This document shows positions 47,401 through 55,948 of a DNA stretch of 64,000 nt, in pieces. Each line of letters opens with the position of its first letter. Within the stretch, counting starts at the first letter, position 1. The position numbers and the translations under genes were made by a program. Source of the stretch: an uncultured Clostridia bacterium (lineage in GTDB: Bacteria; Bacillota; Clostridia; Christensenellales; UBA1242); NCBI GenBank assembly GCA_944372445.1, contig CALVZE010000002.1, positions 37,175-101,174 of the forward strand, in the 5' to 3' direction. The notes beneath the pieces were generated by a model. It was not told the DNA's origin and made no database searches. It was given only the letters and a program-made list of their open reading frames with translations.

Positions 47401-49192
47401 TTATATATTTGGTACGTCTAGTTACTCAGGTGGAACTTCGACAAAACAATATTACGATTCTTCTTCATATAGAACATACTATATTCCAACACATTTAAAA
47501 GTAGTAGCCATTACTGATACAATGCAAGTTTCATATGGTGCATTTTATAATTGTTATAATTTGACTTCAATTGTTATTCCAGATAGTATGACATGTATTG
47601 GCGCGCGTGCATTCGGAGAATGTTCTGGTTTGAATGAAATAAAAGTTAATATAAATAATCAAATTTACACAAGTAAAGATGAAAACGGAAATGAAATTAA
47701 TGGTATAATTGAAAAAGGAACTAAGACATTAATAGTTGGTTGCAAAAATACTATAATTCCAGACATTGTGACAAATATTGGGAATTATGCATTTTATGGT
47801 TGCACTAGTTTGACTTCTATTGAAATTCCGGACAATGTGACAAGTATTGGAAATTATGCATTTTATAATTGCACTGGTTTGACGTCTATCACCATCCCGA
47901 ATAGTGTAGTAAGTATTGGAAGTTCTGCATTTGGTAGTTGTTCATCTCTTGAAAATATTACTTTACCTTTTATTGGAGAATCAAAAACAGCTACCAATGC
48001 TAGTGCATTATTTGGATATATTTTTGATAGATATAGTTACATAGGTGGAACTGAAACGAAACAATATTATGGTTCTTCTTCATATGCGACATACTATATA
48101 CCAACAAGTTTAAAAACGGTTGTCATTACTGACGCAACACAATTTTCTTATGGGGCATTTTGTAATTGTTCAAATTTGACATCTATTACCATTCCAGACA
48201 GTGTAACCAGTATTGGAGAAAGAGTCTTTTATAATTGTTCAAATTTGACATCTATTACCATTCCAGACAGTGTAACCAGCATTGAAGAAAGCGTATTTTA
48301 TAATTGCACGGGTCTAATAACAGTAAATATGGCTAATGAGGTAGAAAGTATTGGGACTTCTGCATTCTACAACTGCACTAACTTAACTGAAATAATAATA
48401 CCGGATAGTGTAATAAAAATAGGGACTTCTGCATTCTACAACTGTATTAACTTAACTGAAATAATAATACCAGACTCTGTAATAAGAATTTGCAGTGATG
48501 CATTTAGAGATTGTTCGAATTTAACAACATTAACTATAGGCAAAGGAGTAAAATATCTTGAAAATTTTGCATTTTACAATACTACGGCATTAACGACTAT
48601 CAATTTTAATGCAATAAATTGTTCTTTAGTGGGATCTCTTTATTCAACGAGTTATACATTCTATAATTCTGGTAATTTAGGTTCAGGTATAACTATTTAT
48701 TTTGGAGATAATGTAGAAAGTATTCCAGTAGATTTGTTTTATGATTCTGGTTACGGTCCATCTACACCAAATATTACCAAAGTAATAATAAATAGTAGTA
48801 AAGCTAGCATTGGAGAAAGAGCATTTTTTAATTGCGTAAAATTAACAACATTAATTATCAATGAAGGAGTAACTAGTGTCGGTGAGAGAGCATTTTATAA
48901 TTGTTCTAATTTGACTTCAATTGTTATTCCAGATAGTATTACAGAAATTGGTGATGCTGCATTTGAAGATTGTACTAAGTTGCTTTCAGTTGTTATTAAT
49001 CAGTATATTTTTGAAAATATATCATCTACTTCAAGTTCTTGTGGAAATATTCTTAATTATGTTGATAGTGTTTATGTGCCAGCGAAAATTATTGATGATC
49101 TAAAATTAACAAATGAATACTTAGATGATCAAACTAAATTTACTAGAAGTGAAAATGCTATAGATAGCTATTATATTTATACTAAAAAATAG
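44471..49192 (+). CDS. giant surface lipoprotein: Listeria-Bacteroides (Flg_new-type) repeats followed by BspA-type leucine-rich repeats
   Basis: 1573 aa with the lipobox LLTACGS. About six units follow of the form F(D/N)SxGGS(x)V...(F/L)xGW(Y/F)...TLYAKW. Dozens of 23-aa LRRs then follow (IPDSVTSIGDSAFSGCSSLTSIT). Confidence 0.85.
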   Translation: MEIKKFLIYPLIIILMVVAPIFLLTACGSTKYIVKFDSCGGSYVENITVEEGELIDEPTPPTKDGYEFGGWYIDQDFNYEFRFAVDTINKDTTLYAKWDEPITYYTITFDTCGGTEVESQVIEAGAFLQYLKATHKEGYHFEGWYYDQIYTRPFSISTPINSSFILYAKWELERENYLVKFDSCGGSYVENITVEEGELVDEPTSPTKEGYVFIGWYLDQWYNNIFKFDTYKVTNDITLYAKWEKQISYFTITFDSCGGSVVNNQIIEEGGKVSIPNNPIREGFEFDGWYTSQDYNEQFNFETIINTNITLYAKWLDKSLTYTVTFNSMGGSEVANQTVSNGSLLQRPQDPVKEDLSFDGWFKDENFSERFDFETEKITNNITLYAKWLAPDEIFSFSLTSDYSFYILTKYTGTATSVVIPRLYNGLRVNAIGANAFKDNEYIEYIEIPNTVEIIRQSAFANCTNLSLIIIPGNVKNVEQDAFNGCVNLKNVIVQSGVENLGDRVFQDCISLNNVNLENGILSIGAMAFDNCLSLQTITLPNTVTSVGPMAFRHAEAMKSAVLSTGMTDISNAMFQYCISLKSIDILTNIKNIGNSAFSYCYKLEDVKFLGKISTMGNSAFYDCRNIENIYWASESSGDYGENNYIFYNGGVDSTGIELTISASANIPVGLFKPYQNSNIPKITKIIFENGTVSITSNEFKDMPYLQNIVVPDTVTTITSGTFDNTPWWNVQPDGLVYINNVLYAYKGYAPVDGNIVMRDDIVSIANAVLSGVSGIRSLTLPFVGQTANPEGENGKFAYLFGTTENIPVSLTIIITNVTRIADEAFANCKNLTSIKLPDSVTSIGDSAFSGCTGLTSIIIPDSVTSIGRLAFSGCSSLESITLPFVGSSRDATGDDGKFIYVFGMASASLSTVIITNATQLVDEAFANCKNLTSVTISNSVTSIGDSAFSGCSSLESITLPFVGSSRDATGENGLFGYIFGTSSYSGGTSTKQYYDSSSYRTYYIPTHLKVVAITDTMQVSYGAFYNCYNLTSIVIPDSMTCIGARAFGECSGLNEIKVNINNQIYTSKDENGNEINGIIEKGTKTLIVGCKNTIIPDIVTNIGNYAFYGCTSLTSIEIPDNVTSIGNYAFYNCTGLTSITIPNSVVSIGSSAFGSCSSLENITLPFIGESKTATNASALFGYIFDRYSYIGGTETKQYYGSSSYATYYIPTSLKTVVITDATQFSYGAFCNCSNLTSITIPDSVTSIGERVFYNCSNLTSITIPDSVTSIEESVFYNCTGLITVNMANEVESIGTSAFYNCTNLTEIIIPDSVIKIGTSAFYNCINLTEIIIPDSVIRICSDAFRDCSNLTTLTIGKGVKYLENFAFYNTTALTTINFNAINCSLVGSLYSTSYTFYNSGNLGSGITIYFGDNVESIPVDLFYDSGYGPSTPNITKVIINSSKASIGERAFFNCVKLTTLIINEGVTSVGERAFYNCSNLTSIVIPDSITEIGDAAFEDCTKLLSVVINQYIFENISSTSSSCGNILNYVDSVYVPAKIIDDLKLTNEYLDDQTKFTRSENAIDSYYIYTKK
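44568..45081 (+). repeat. intragenic near-identical DNA repeat pair, offset 435 bp
   Basis: 44568-44646 and 45003-45081 are 79 nt each with a single mismatch. Confidence 0.85.
46936..47382 (+). repeat. intragenic near-identical DNA repeats inside the LRR region
   Basis: 46936-46972 equals 47236-47272 (37 nt). 47081-47151 is nearly identical to 47312-47382 (about 71 nt, 2 mismatches). Confidence 0.8.
48163..48490 (+). repeat. 69-bp (23-codon) tandem LRR units with long exact DNA identity
   Basis: 48163-48210 equals 48232-48279 (48 nt, exact). The unit at 48353 repeats at 48422 with few mismatches. Confidence 0.85.
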
Positions 49193-49202
49193 GAGAAGTA
49201 TA

Positions 49203-49484
49203 ATGGAAAAGATATTTAAAATAGAATCAAATGAACAATTATTAAGAGAAGCCATAGAAATTTTAAGTGAAGAAATTCCGAGTGATTTACTTGATAAGCA
49301 TAATCTTATGTTGAAAATTCGAGAGATTCAAAATAAAATATTTAATTATAAAGAAGAAACTTTTAAAAATGTTGATGAATATCTTAAACATAATAGTAGC
49401 TTGAAAGTTCAAATAATTTTAAACCAAGATTTAGAGAATGTTATTGAAAAATTATTTGTAAAAAGCCAATCTATATTCAAATAA
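49203..49484 (+). CDS. hypothetical small protein co-transcribed with the BspA-like gene
   Basis: 93 aa with an AGGAGAAG SD. The start is 11 nt after the upstream stop, and a terminator follows. Confidence 0.5.
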   Translation: MEKIFKIESNEQLLREAIEILSEEIPSDLLDKHNLMLKIREIQNKIFNYKEETFKNVDEYLKHNSSLKVQIILNQDLENVIEKLFVKSQSIFK

Positions 49485-49506
49485 AAACTTAAATGGTAAT
49501 TTATTG

Positions 49507-49537
49507 GGCATGTATTAAACACAGTACATGCCTTTTT
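49507..49537 (+). terminator. intrinsic terminator
   Basis: 8-bp stem ggcatgta/tacatgcc (49507-49514 and 49525-49532), then TTTTT. Confidence 0.7.
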
Positions 49538-49658
49538 GTATCAAAAATCTTTAAACTAAATATAAACTGTTATATAAATAAAATAAGTAACTAGAGATGT
49601 CAAATCAATGGGGCTTATCAATCATTAAATTTTAGATATTATATTTATAACGATTAAT

Positions 49659-49687
49659 TTGCAAATTTACTAAAAATTATTTATAAT
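49659..49687 (+). promoter_or_regulatory. sigma-A-type promoter of the 1041-aa gene
   Basis: TTGCAA (49659-49664), a 17-nt spacer, then TATAAT (49682-49687). Confidence 0.55.
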
Positions 49688-49706
49688 ATAAAAAAGGTAG
49701 CATAAT

Positions 49707-52700
49707 ATGGGACAATTTTTGGAAGATCAAAAGAAAATAGAGAATTCATTTAAGTGCACAAATGATTATATTATTGATACTAAAAAATTATTGGAAATTA
49801 TTATGCAAGCTTTTTATGATAGAAATTCAAGCAAGCTTCCTATGATAGATATAGAAAATTTTATTATCAAAACTTTAAAATTGCAGCGTTTTGATAATTA
49901 TAAAGGACTACGTAAACTTTTAGGTAATGATAGATTAACAAGTTTAGAAGATATAAAAAGGAAGTATGGAGATGTTGTAGAAATTAAAGATATAAAGCCG
50001 CAAAACGAAAAATATATTAGGCCATACAAAGATAAAAATAATGATATTGAATATTATTATATGACAAAAAGTAAAAGGATACCTCTGAAAAATGTTGTTG
50101 ATGATGTATATAACTATTTCACTAGGAAAAATGCAAAAGTAATATCATTAAGTGATATTTATGATTATTTGAGAAGGAAATATAACGTTGGATCTTTTAA
50201 TAGAAAAAATTTAACAGATCTTTTAGGATCTAATGTTAATATTCCATTAAGCAAAGTTGAAGCATTATATATAAATTACAATAGGATCAATCAAGAAGGT
50301 TTAGATTTTGGTATTCTTACATATCTATTTGTTAATAACAAAAAATTGATACAAAAAGTTTTAAATAGTTTAGGTAAAGATTTCTTAATATTAATATTAA
50401 AATATGGGTTAAGGTCAATAATAAATATTACAAACTCGTTAAATTTATATTTTGATAATGAAAAAGATGTTTTGGAATTGGCTGACAATAAAAAGGATAA
50501 GGTTTTAGATAAACAAAATTCTGAAATGCTAATAAGATTTTTAAATCTGTTTAAAGATGAAGAATGGCAAAATATTCTAGCAAATGATAATCAAATCAAT
50601 GAGTATATAGAAATGTTTGTTGAAGATGAAAAACTTATTCTCGAAAAAGAAAATTTTAGAAAGACAATTAAATCATATTATAATCTAATAAACGAAAATA
50701 ATTTAGATGCAAACACAAAATATCTATTTCCATTTAAAATTGCTTCAATATTTCAGGAAGCTAAAATATACAAAGTAAAAGATTTAGTCCATATCAACAA
50801 GGACATTAGTATAAAGTTATTTGAATACAAGAAACAATTTATAGAAATTGTAAAACGATTACAAATTGATTTGCAAAAATATTTAAATGAGCAATTTAGT
50901 TATATATTGCAAATGGTTAATAAAAATTATCAACCTGCAACATTGTGGCGAAGTTATGTTTCAATTCTTGATGATCGTTCGAAAGGTAAAACGCTTCAAG
51001 AGGCTGGCGATAATGCTGGTGTGACAAGAGAAAGAGTTAGGCAACTTGAACGTAAGTATGCAACTATGTTCAATGGCTTTTATAATGCACCTAATGGCAA
51101 TCTCAATAATCTTATCAGAGCATTTGTCTCTAATTCTTTATTTTTAACTGACACCGATATAATTAGAATCTTTCCGTTTAATCCACGATTATTTAAATAT
51201 TTTCTTTTAAATACTGAAATAGAAGGGCTTATGTATATTGAAGAAATTGGTAAGTTTTACTTTGTTGATGATTATGATTGGTATAAGGAATTATTAATTT
51301 ATATAGATGAACTTCCATCACAATTCAATATTAACGAGCTTGATTCTATAATATCTCAATGTTTGAATAATTTGTTAAAGAATGATATAAAACTTGATTA
51401 TGATGATTGTAGTAAAATACTTTTACAGAATTATAAATTAATTGGATCTATATATTCAAAAACTATATTAAGTTTGGCTGATAAATTTGCAAATTTAATA
51501 AAGAAGTATTATCCAAATCCTGTTAATATATATGATAGTAAATTTTTATCGGAATTTAGATCTTTGTATTATAAAACTTATGGTGATGATAAAATTAAGA
51601 CAGATCACGCCATTACTTCTGTTATAGCAAGAATAGGTATGCTTGTGGGTAGGGGCCTATATGTTTTGAATGATAAAATGTTTATGAGTGAAGAACTTGC
51701 CTATAAAATCTATAACTATATTATAGATAGTGGTAGACAAATTTTTTTAACTAATAACCTTTATGAAATTTTTAAAGAAGAATTGCAAGCGGAAGGAATT
51801 GATAATAAGTATTTTATGCAGGGGGCTTTAAAACAAAGATTAGGAGATAAGTTATTCTTCCGTAGAGATTATGTAAGCACTACCAATGAAGTGACATCAG
51901 TTTATGGAGAAATGGTTAAGTTTGTAAAAGACGCGAAAAGAATAGTAAGTTATGATGAAATTCAAGAAGAGTTTAAAGGGACTCCGTGGAATGTTTTAAT
52001 CTTCGCACTAAGTCAAGACGACATATTAAATTATAGATCAAAATATGTGCATAAGGATACATTACAAATAGATGAAAATGATATTAACTACCTAAAAAAT
52101 GTGATAGATAATCTTGTTAATGATGGAAGAATACATCATATAAATGATCTATATACTTTCATAAAATTAACAAATAAAAAACTTTTAGATAAATTATTTG
52201 TAGATAGTCACTTTGCATTATTTAGTGTTATACAAAGTCTATTTGAAAGTGATTATGAAATGAAGAGACCATTTATAGCAAAGAAAGGAACAGTAATTGA
52301 AAATCAAATAGATCGTATTAACGAATTTGTTAGAAGCAATGAAATTGTTTCGATTGATTCTATTTTGGATTTTGTTTCTGACAATAGGCTGCATTTATAT
52401 AGTATAAGTGAATATGTTGATTCTCTTGAAGATTATGTTTTTAAAGATGACAAAAGTATAATTGAGTTAGAGAAAAGTGGTATCAATAAATATAATGTTG
52501 AAGTTGTAGAGAAAATGATATTAAAAGCAATGAAAGATGAAGAATTTTTATTTGCCGACAAACTGCCATTTTATAATCTATTTCCAAAAGGAGTAGATTG
52601 GACTCCGTGGCTTGTGTATAGTGCATTAAACAAGTTTGGTGTTTATTTAAAGGCAATACCATCTGATACGATGTTTAAACGCAAAGATGTTATTTTTGCT

Positions 52701-52832
52701 AGACCACTTATCATAAAAAGAGAAGTAAAGGCGACAAACATCAATGAGTTTGTGCAGTATTTAAGAGATAAAAAACAAATGAATGATACAGAATTTTATA
52801 AGTATTTAAGAACGAAAGGGCTAACGGAATAG
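49707..52832 (+). CDS. large (1041 aa) protein with a central sigma-70 region-4-like helix-turn-helix; otherwise unknown
   Basis: GKTLQEAGDNAGVTRERVRQLERKYATMF (nt 50985-51056) matches the region 4.2 pattern (xTLxEIGxxxGVTRERVRQIExKA). I found no NTPase or nuclease motif. The sequence is very K/N/I-rich. Confidence 0.55.
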   Translation: MGQFLEDQKKIENSFKCTNDYIIDTKKLLEIIMQAFYDRNSSKLPMIDIENFIIKTLKLQRFDNYKGLRKLLGNDRLTSLEDIKRKYGDVVEIKDIKPQNEKYIRPYKDKNNDIEYYYMTKSKRIPLKNVVDDVYNYFTRKNAKVISLSDIYDYLRRKYNVGSFNRKNLTDLLGSNVNIPLSKVEALYINYNRINQEGLDFGILTYLFVNNKKLIQKVLNSLGKDFLILILKYGLRSIINITNSLNLYFDNEKDVLELADNKKDKVLDKQNSEMLIRFLNLFKDEEWQNILANDNQINEYIEMFVEDEKLILEKENFRKTIKSYYNLINENNLDANTKYLFPFKIASIFQEAKIYKVKDLVHINKDISIKLFEYKKQFIEIVKRLQIDLQKYLNEQFSYILQMVNKNYQPATLWRSYVSILDDRSKGKTLQEAGDNAGVTRERVRQLERKYATMFNGFYNAPNGNLNNLIRAFVSNSLFLTDTDIIRIFPFNPRLFKYFLLNTEIEGLMYIEEIGKFYFVDDYDWYKELLIYIDELPSQFNINELDSIISQCLNNLLKNDIKLDYDDCSKILLQNYKLIGSIYSKTILSLADKFANLIKKYYPNPVNIYDSKFLSEFRSLYYKTYGDDKIKTDHAITSVIARIGMLVGRGLYVLNDKMFMSEELAYKIYNYIIDSGRQIFLTNNLYEIFKEELQAEGIDNKYFMQGALKQRLGDKLFFRRDYVSTTNEVTSVYGEMVKFVKDAKRIVSYDEIQEEFKGTPWNVLIFALSQDDILNYRSKYVHKDTLQIDENDINYLKNVIDNLVNDGRIHHINDLYTFIKLTNKKLLDKLFVDSHFALFSVIQSLFESDYEMKRPFIAKKGTVIENQIDRINEFVRSNEIVSIDSILDFVSDNRLHLYSISEYVDSLEDYVFKDDKSIIELEKSGINKYNVEVVEKMILKAMKDEEFLFADKLPFYNLFPKGVDWTPWLVYSALNKFGVYLKAIPSDTMFKRKDVIFARPLIIKREVKATNINEFVQYLRDKKQMNDTEFYKYLRTKGLTE

Positions 52833-52894
52833 TTGGCTCTTTTTAGTAAATATGAAAAATATACTAAATATTTTATAAATATTTGAAAAATCTA

Positions 52895-52923
52895 TTGACT
52901 TTTAGCGATAATATTGCTAAAAT
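52895..52923 (+). promoter_or_regulatory. near-consensus sigma-A promoter of the ten-gene operon
   Basis: TTGACT (52895-52900), a 17-nt spacer, then TAAAAT (52918-52923). An AAGGAG SD precedes the ATG at 52952. Confidence 0.6.
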
Positions 52924-52951
52924 ATAACTATCAAAGTCGAAGGAGAATAAT

Positions 52952-53173
52952 ATGTCTAAACAAAAACGCGAAAATTTTGTTAGACTAGCAGAAACTAGAA
53001 CTAATAAAATTTTGGATATGATAAGGTTGTTAGGTAATTTATCCAACACATCGAACTATTCTTATACAAAGGAAGATGTTAACAAAATTTTTTCAACATT
53101 AGAGAAAGAGTTGGAAAATACTAAAAAGAAGTTTGATACAATTGGATCAGATGATAAATTTACATTGTTATAG
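52952..53173 (+). CDS. small helical protein, first gene of the operon (possible regulator)
   Basis: 73 aa with an AAGGAG SD. The next gene starts 8 nt after its stop. Confidence 0.55.
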   Translation: MSKQKRENFVRLAETRTNKILDMIRLLGNLSNTSNYSYTKEDVNKIFSTLEKELENTKKKFDTIGSDDKFTLL

Positions 53174-53181
53174 GAGGAAAA

Positions 53182-55086
53182 ATGGAAGCTAAATGGTCAT
53201 TCCCGTCAAGTAATGGTGGTGAAAAACGAGGATTAAACGATTCTGGAATAGAAACTTTTAATGATAATCCAATAAAATCATTGGCAAGAGAGATTTGTCA
53301 AAATTCTCTTGACGCAGTAATTTCTGGGCAAAGGGCAATTGTTGAGTTCAATACTTTTACATTGGATAAAACTGATTTTCCAGATGTGTATGGTTTTACC
53401 GAAATTTTGGGGAAATGCTTAGATTATAGCAAAAATAATGTTAATCATAAAACCCCATTGTTTTTTGAAACTGCTCTAAATAGAATAAACAAAGATAAAA
53501 TTAAAATGTTGAGAATAAGTGATTTCAATACAACTGGCTTAAAGGGGAACGACTGGGACAATCTTGTAAATAGCTCTGGTTCTTCGGAAAAAGAAGAAGG
53601 TAAAGGCGGATCTTTTGGTATTGGTAAAAATGCACCATTTGCTTGTTCAGAGTTTAGAACGGTTTTTTATAGCACATTAGATCTTGATGGAAATCAAAAA
53701 AGTAAAGGTGTTTCAAAACTTATATCATACAAACTAGATGATAATGCTGATGGTTCAGAAAATGTTTCTCAGGGCACTGGATACTATGGAGTAGTGACTC
53801 CTTACAATATAAATCATTTAGAAAATATGTTAAATCTTGATAAAAGTTTTTCACGAGCTTCATCTGGAACGGATATTTTTGTTTCTGCTTTAAAAATTAT
53901 TAGTGAGGAAGAATTTAAGTCTAATATTATTGCAGAAGTTTTAGATGGATATTTAATAGCAATTTGGAATGGTAAATTAGAGATAAAAGTTAATGGTTAT
54001 ATTATTAATAAAGAAACACTTTCAAATGTTATTCAAGAATACAAAAAATCATTAAATGACCATACTGTTATGTGTTTTGAACTTTTAATTGATAACACAA
54101 CTATTTGGCAGAAAATACCTGTTTACATATCAAATACATTACCACTTGGAGATATTAATTTTGGGTTTAAACTTAGATATGATGGAAGTAATAAAGTCTC
54201 TATGATTAGAAGTTCGGGGATGAAAATTCTAGACAAAGGGGGATTGTGTCCGTCTCTAAGATTTGTGGGAATGGCAATAGTTGAAGGTGACGCCTTAAAT
54301 ACATTTTTAAGGGGATTAGAAAATCCATCTCACAATAAATGGGAACCACAAAGGAGTTCTGATCCATCTGCTGCAAGAAATCTTCTTAAAGATATGTATA
54401 ATAGTTTAACCGATAAATTGAATGAAGAGGCTTCTAATGCATTTGACGATCAAATAGATATTGAAGGGGCTGGTGACTATTTGCCAGACGAAATTGAAGA
54501 TGAAAATAACAAGAATGTAGATAATGTAAAGAAAGAAGAATCTTTAAATAAAATAATTGATGTTGAGGTTAAAGTCATACAAAAACCAAGAAGTATTGCT
54601 CATCTTGAAACTGATGAGGTCGGAGATGATATAGAAACAACAATAGAAGCTGAGGGAGAACCGACAGAAGGAACGAATTATGATGGATTTGAACATCAAG
54701 GAAGTAAACCACACGGAACGGGGGAAAGAGATTTTGATGATGTAGGTATGCTTGATAGTGATGAATTTAGAGGAGAAGAATTAATTACTGTTAAAGCAAA
54801 AGATATAAGAATTTTCTGCATTAACAAGAAAGAACAATTATATCGATTGATTTTTACACCTACGATAAATTCAAGTAAAGGATATATTGCTATTACGAAA
54901 TTAGCAGAACAGAATGAAAAAATGCCAGCTGAAATTATTTATGTTAAAAACCCTGATTTAGAATTCACAAAAAACAAAATAGGTTATTTTGAATTTAAAG
55001 ATGACCAACCTTGTAAAGTCGATATTAAAATAGCAGGGGAAGAATATTCAACAATGGAGGTAAAATTGTATGCATATAAAGGCTAA
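53182..55086 (+). CDS. GHKL-superfamily (MORC/paraMORC/Hsp90-like Bergerat fold) ATPase
   Basis: The N-box is EICQNSLDA (53290-53316). A DxGxG-like segment DFNTTGL is at 53521-53541, and the G-rich lid GGSFGIGKNA is at 53605-53634. There is no DHp/HisKA region, so it is not a sensor kinase. About 400 aa of unknown C-terminal region follow. Confidence 0.7.
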   Translation: MEAKWSFPSSNGGEKRGLNDSGIETFNDNPIKSLAREICQNSLDAVISGQRAIVEFNTFTLDKTDFPDVYGFTEILGKCLDYSKNNVNHKTPLFFETALNRINKDKIKMLRISDFNTTGLKGNDWDNLVNSSGSSEKEEGKGGSFGIGKNAPFACSEFRTVFYSTLDLDGNQKSKGVSKLISYKLDDNADGSENVSQGTGYYGVVTPYNINHLENMLNLDKSFSRASSGTDIFVSALKIISEEEFKSNIIAEVLDGYLIAIWNGKLEIKVNGYIINKETLSNVIQEYKKSLNDHTVMCFELLIDNTTIWQKIPVYISNTLPLGDINFGFKLRYDGSNKVSMIRSSGMKILDKGGLCPSLRFVGMAIVEGDALNTFLRGLENPSHNKWEPQRSSDPSAARNLLKDMYNSLTDKLNEEASNAFDDQIDIEGAGDYLPDEIEDENNKNVDNVKKEESLNKIIDVEVKVIQKPRSIAHLETDEVGDDIETTIEAEGEPTEGTNYDGFEHQGSKPHGTGERDFDDVGMLDSDEFRGEELITVKAKDIRIFCINKKEQLYRLIFTPTINSSKGYIAITKLAEQNEKMPAEIIYVKNPDLEFTKNKIGYFEFKDDQPCKVDIKIAGEEYSTMEVKLYAYKG

Positions 55087-55948
55087 GCTTTATCCATATC
55101 CTGTGCTGGCTGACTTTAACGATGATTATGTTGGTAGCAAGTTTAATGTTGAAATTTCTGTTCAATTATATCCAAATGAATTAGTTGTATTGTTTAGACC
55201 AACACTTGCAAATGTGCAAATTCAACAGCTAATCAATGATAACAAAGCAAAAATAATGGTGCATATTGAATGTCCATTAACAAGTTTTAGAAAACTTATA
55301 GATATTCCTAATGAAGGCATTGAATATAAAATACCAGCTGATTCTATTGAAGGCCCTATGTCATTTTGCCCTTTTATTATAGCAACAAGTGAAATAAATA
55401 ATTATACAAATGATGATTTAAACAAAGATTATGAAGGAGCAACTTTTGATTTTGAAAAAGGTAATATACTTGCAATTGGAAAGGAAGTTCAGACAAGAGT
55501 AGAGAAAGAGAATGATGACCTAGCAAGTGTGCCATCAATTTTTGCTGTGACAGAGATAAAAGATGAAAATAAAAATGAAATTGTTATTGACAATACTGGA
55601 AATAAAATAAATATACAATTACCTAGTAAGACATTTCAGGAATTTAAAATAGCAATGTCAAATCCAAGTTCAATGGCAGTTATTCACGCAATGACTATAA
55701 TTCCAGCGTTGATGAAATGTTTTTCAGATATGAAGTCAAAGCCAGAAGAGTTTTATTTATACGAAGATAAACGATGGTTTAGAGCTTTAAAGAAAGCTTT
55801 GAAAAAAATAAATTTTGATTTAAACGAAGAAACTATTTTATCACTTGACTCATTTGATATTGCTGAAAAACTTATGGATAGCACAACGAATAGGGCAATC
55901 TTAGAAATAAATGAAATTGCGTTTAAAGGAGATGTCAATGATGACTAA
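55070..55948 (+). CDS. hypothetical protein, partner 1 of the GHKL ATPase
   Basis: 292 aa. A GGAGG SD lies 9 nt upstream and sits inside the GHKL gene. The start overlaps the GHKL stop by 17 nt. Confidence 0.55.
   Translation: MHIKAKLYPYPVLADFNDDYVGSKFNVEISVQLYPNELVVLFRPTLANVQIQQLINDNKAKIMVHIECPLTSFRKLIDIPNEGIEYKIPADSIEGPMSFCPFIIATSEINNYTNDDLNKDYEGATFDFEKGNILAIGKEVQTRVEKENDDLASVPSIFAVTEIKDENKNEIVIDNTGNKINIQLPSKTFQEFKIAMSNPSSMAVIHAMTIIPALMKCFSDMKSKPEEFYLYEDKRWFRALKKALKKINFDLNEETILSLDSFDIAEKLMDSTTNRAILEINEIAFKGDVNDD

Noticed and set aside
52820-52850. Weak hairpin (gctaac-ggaata-gttggc, then tcttttt) overlapping the stop codon of the 1041-aa gene, as a possible terminator
   Set aside because: The stem is only 6 bp including a G-U pair and sits partly inside coding sequence. 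It is too weak to report as a feature. It leaves open whether the 1041-aa gene reads through into the operon.
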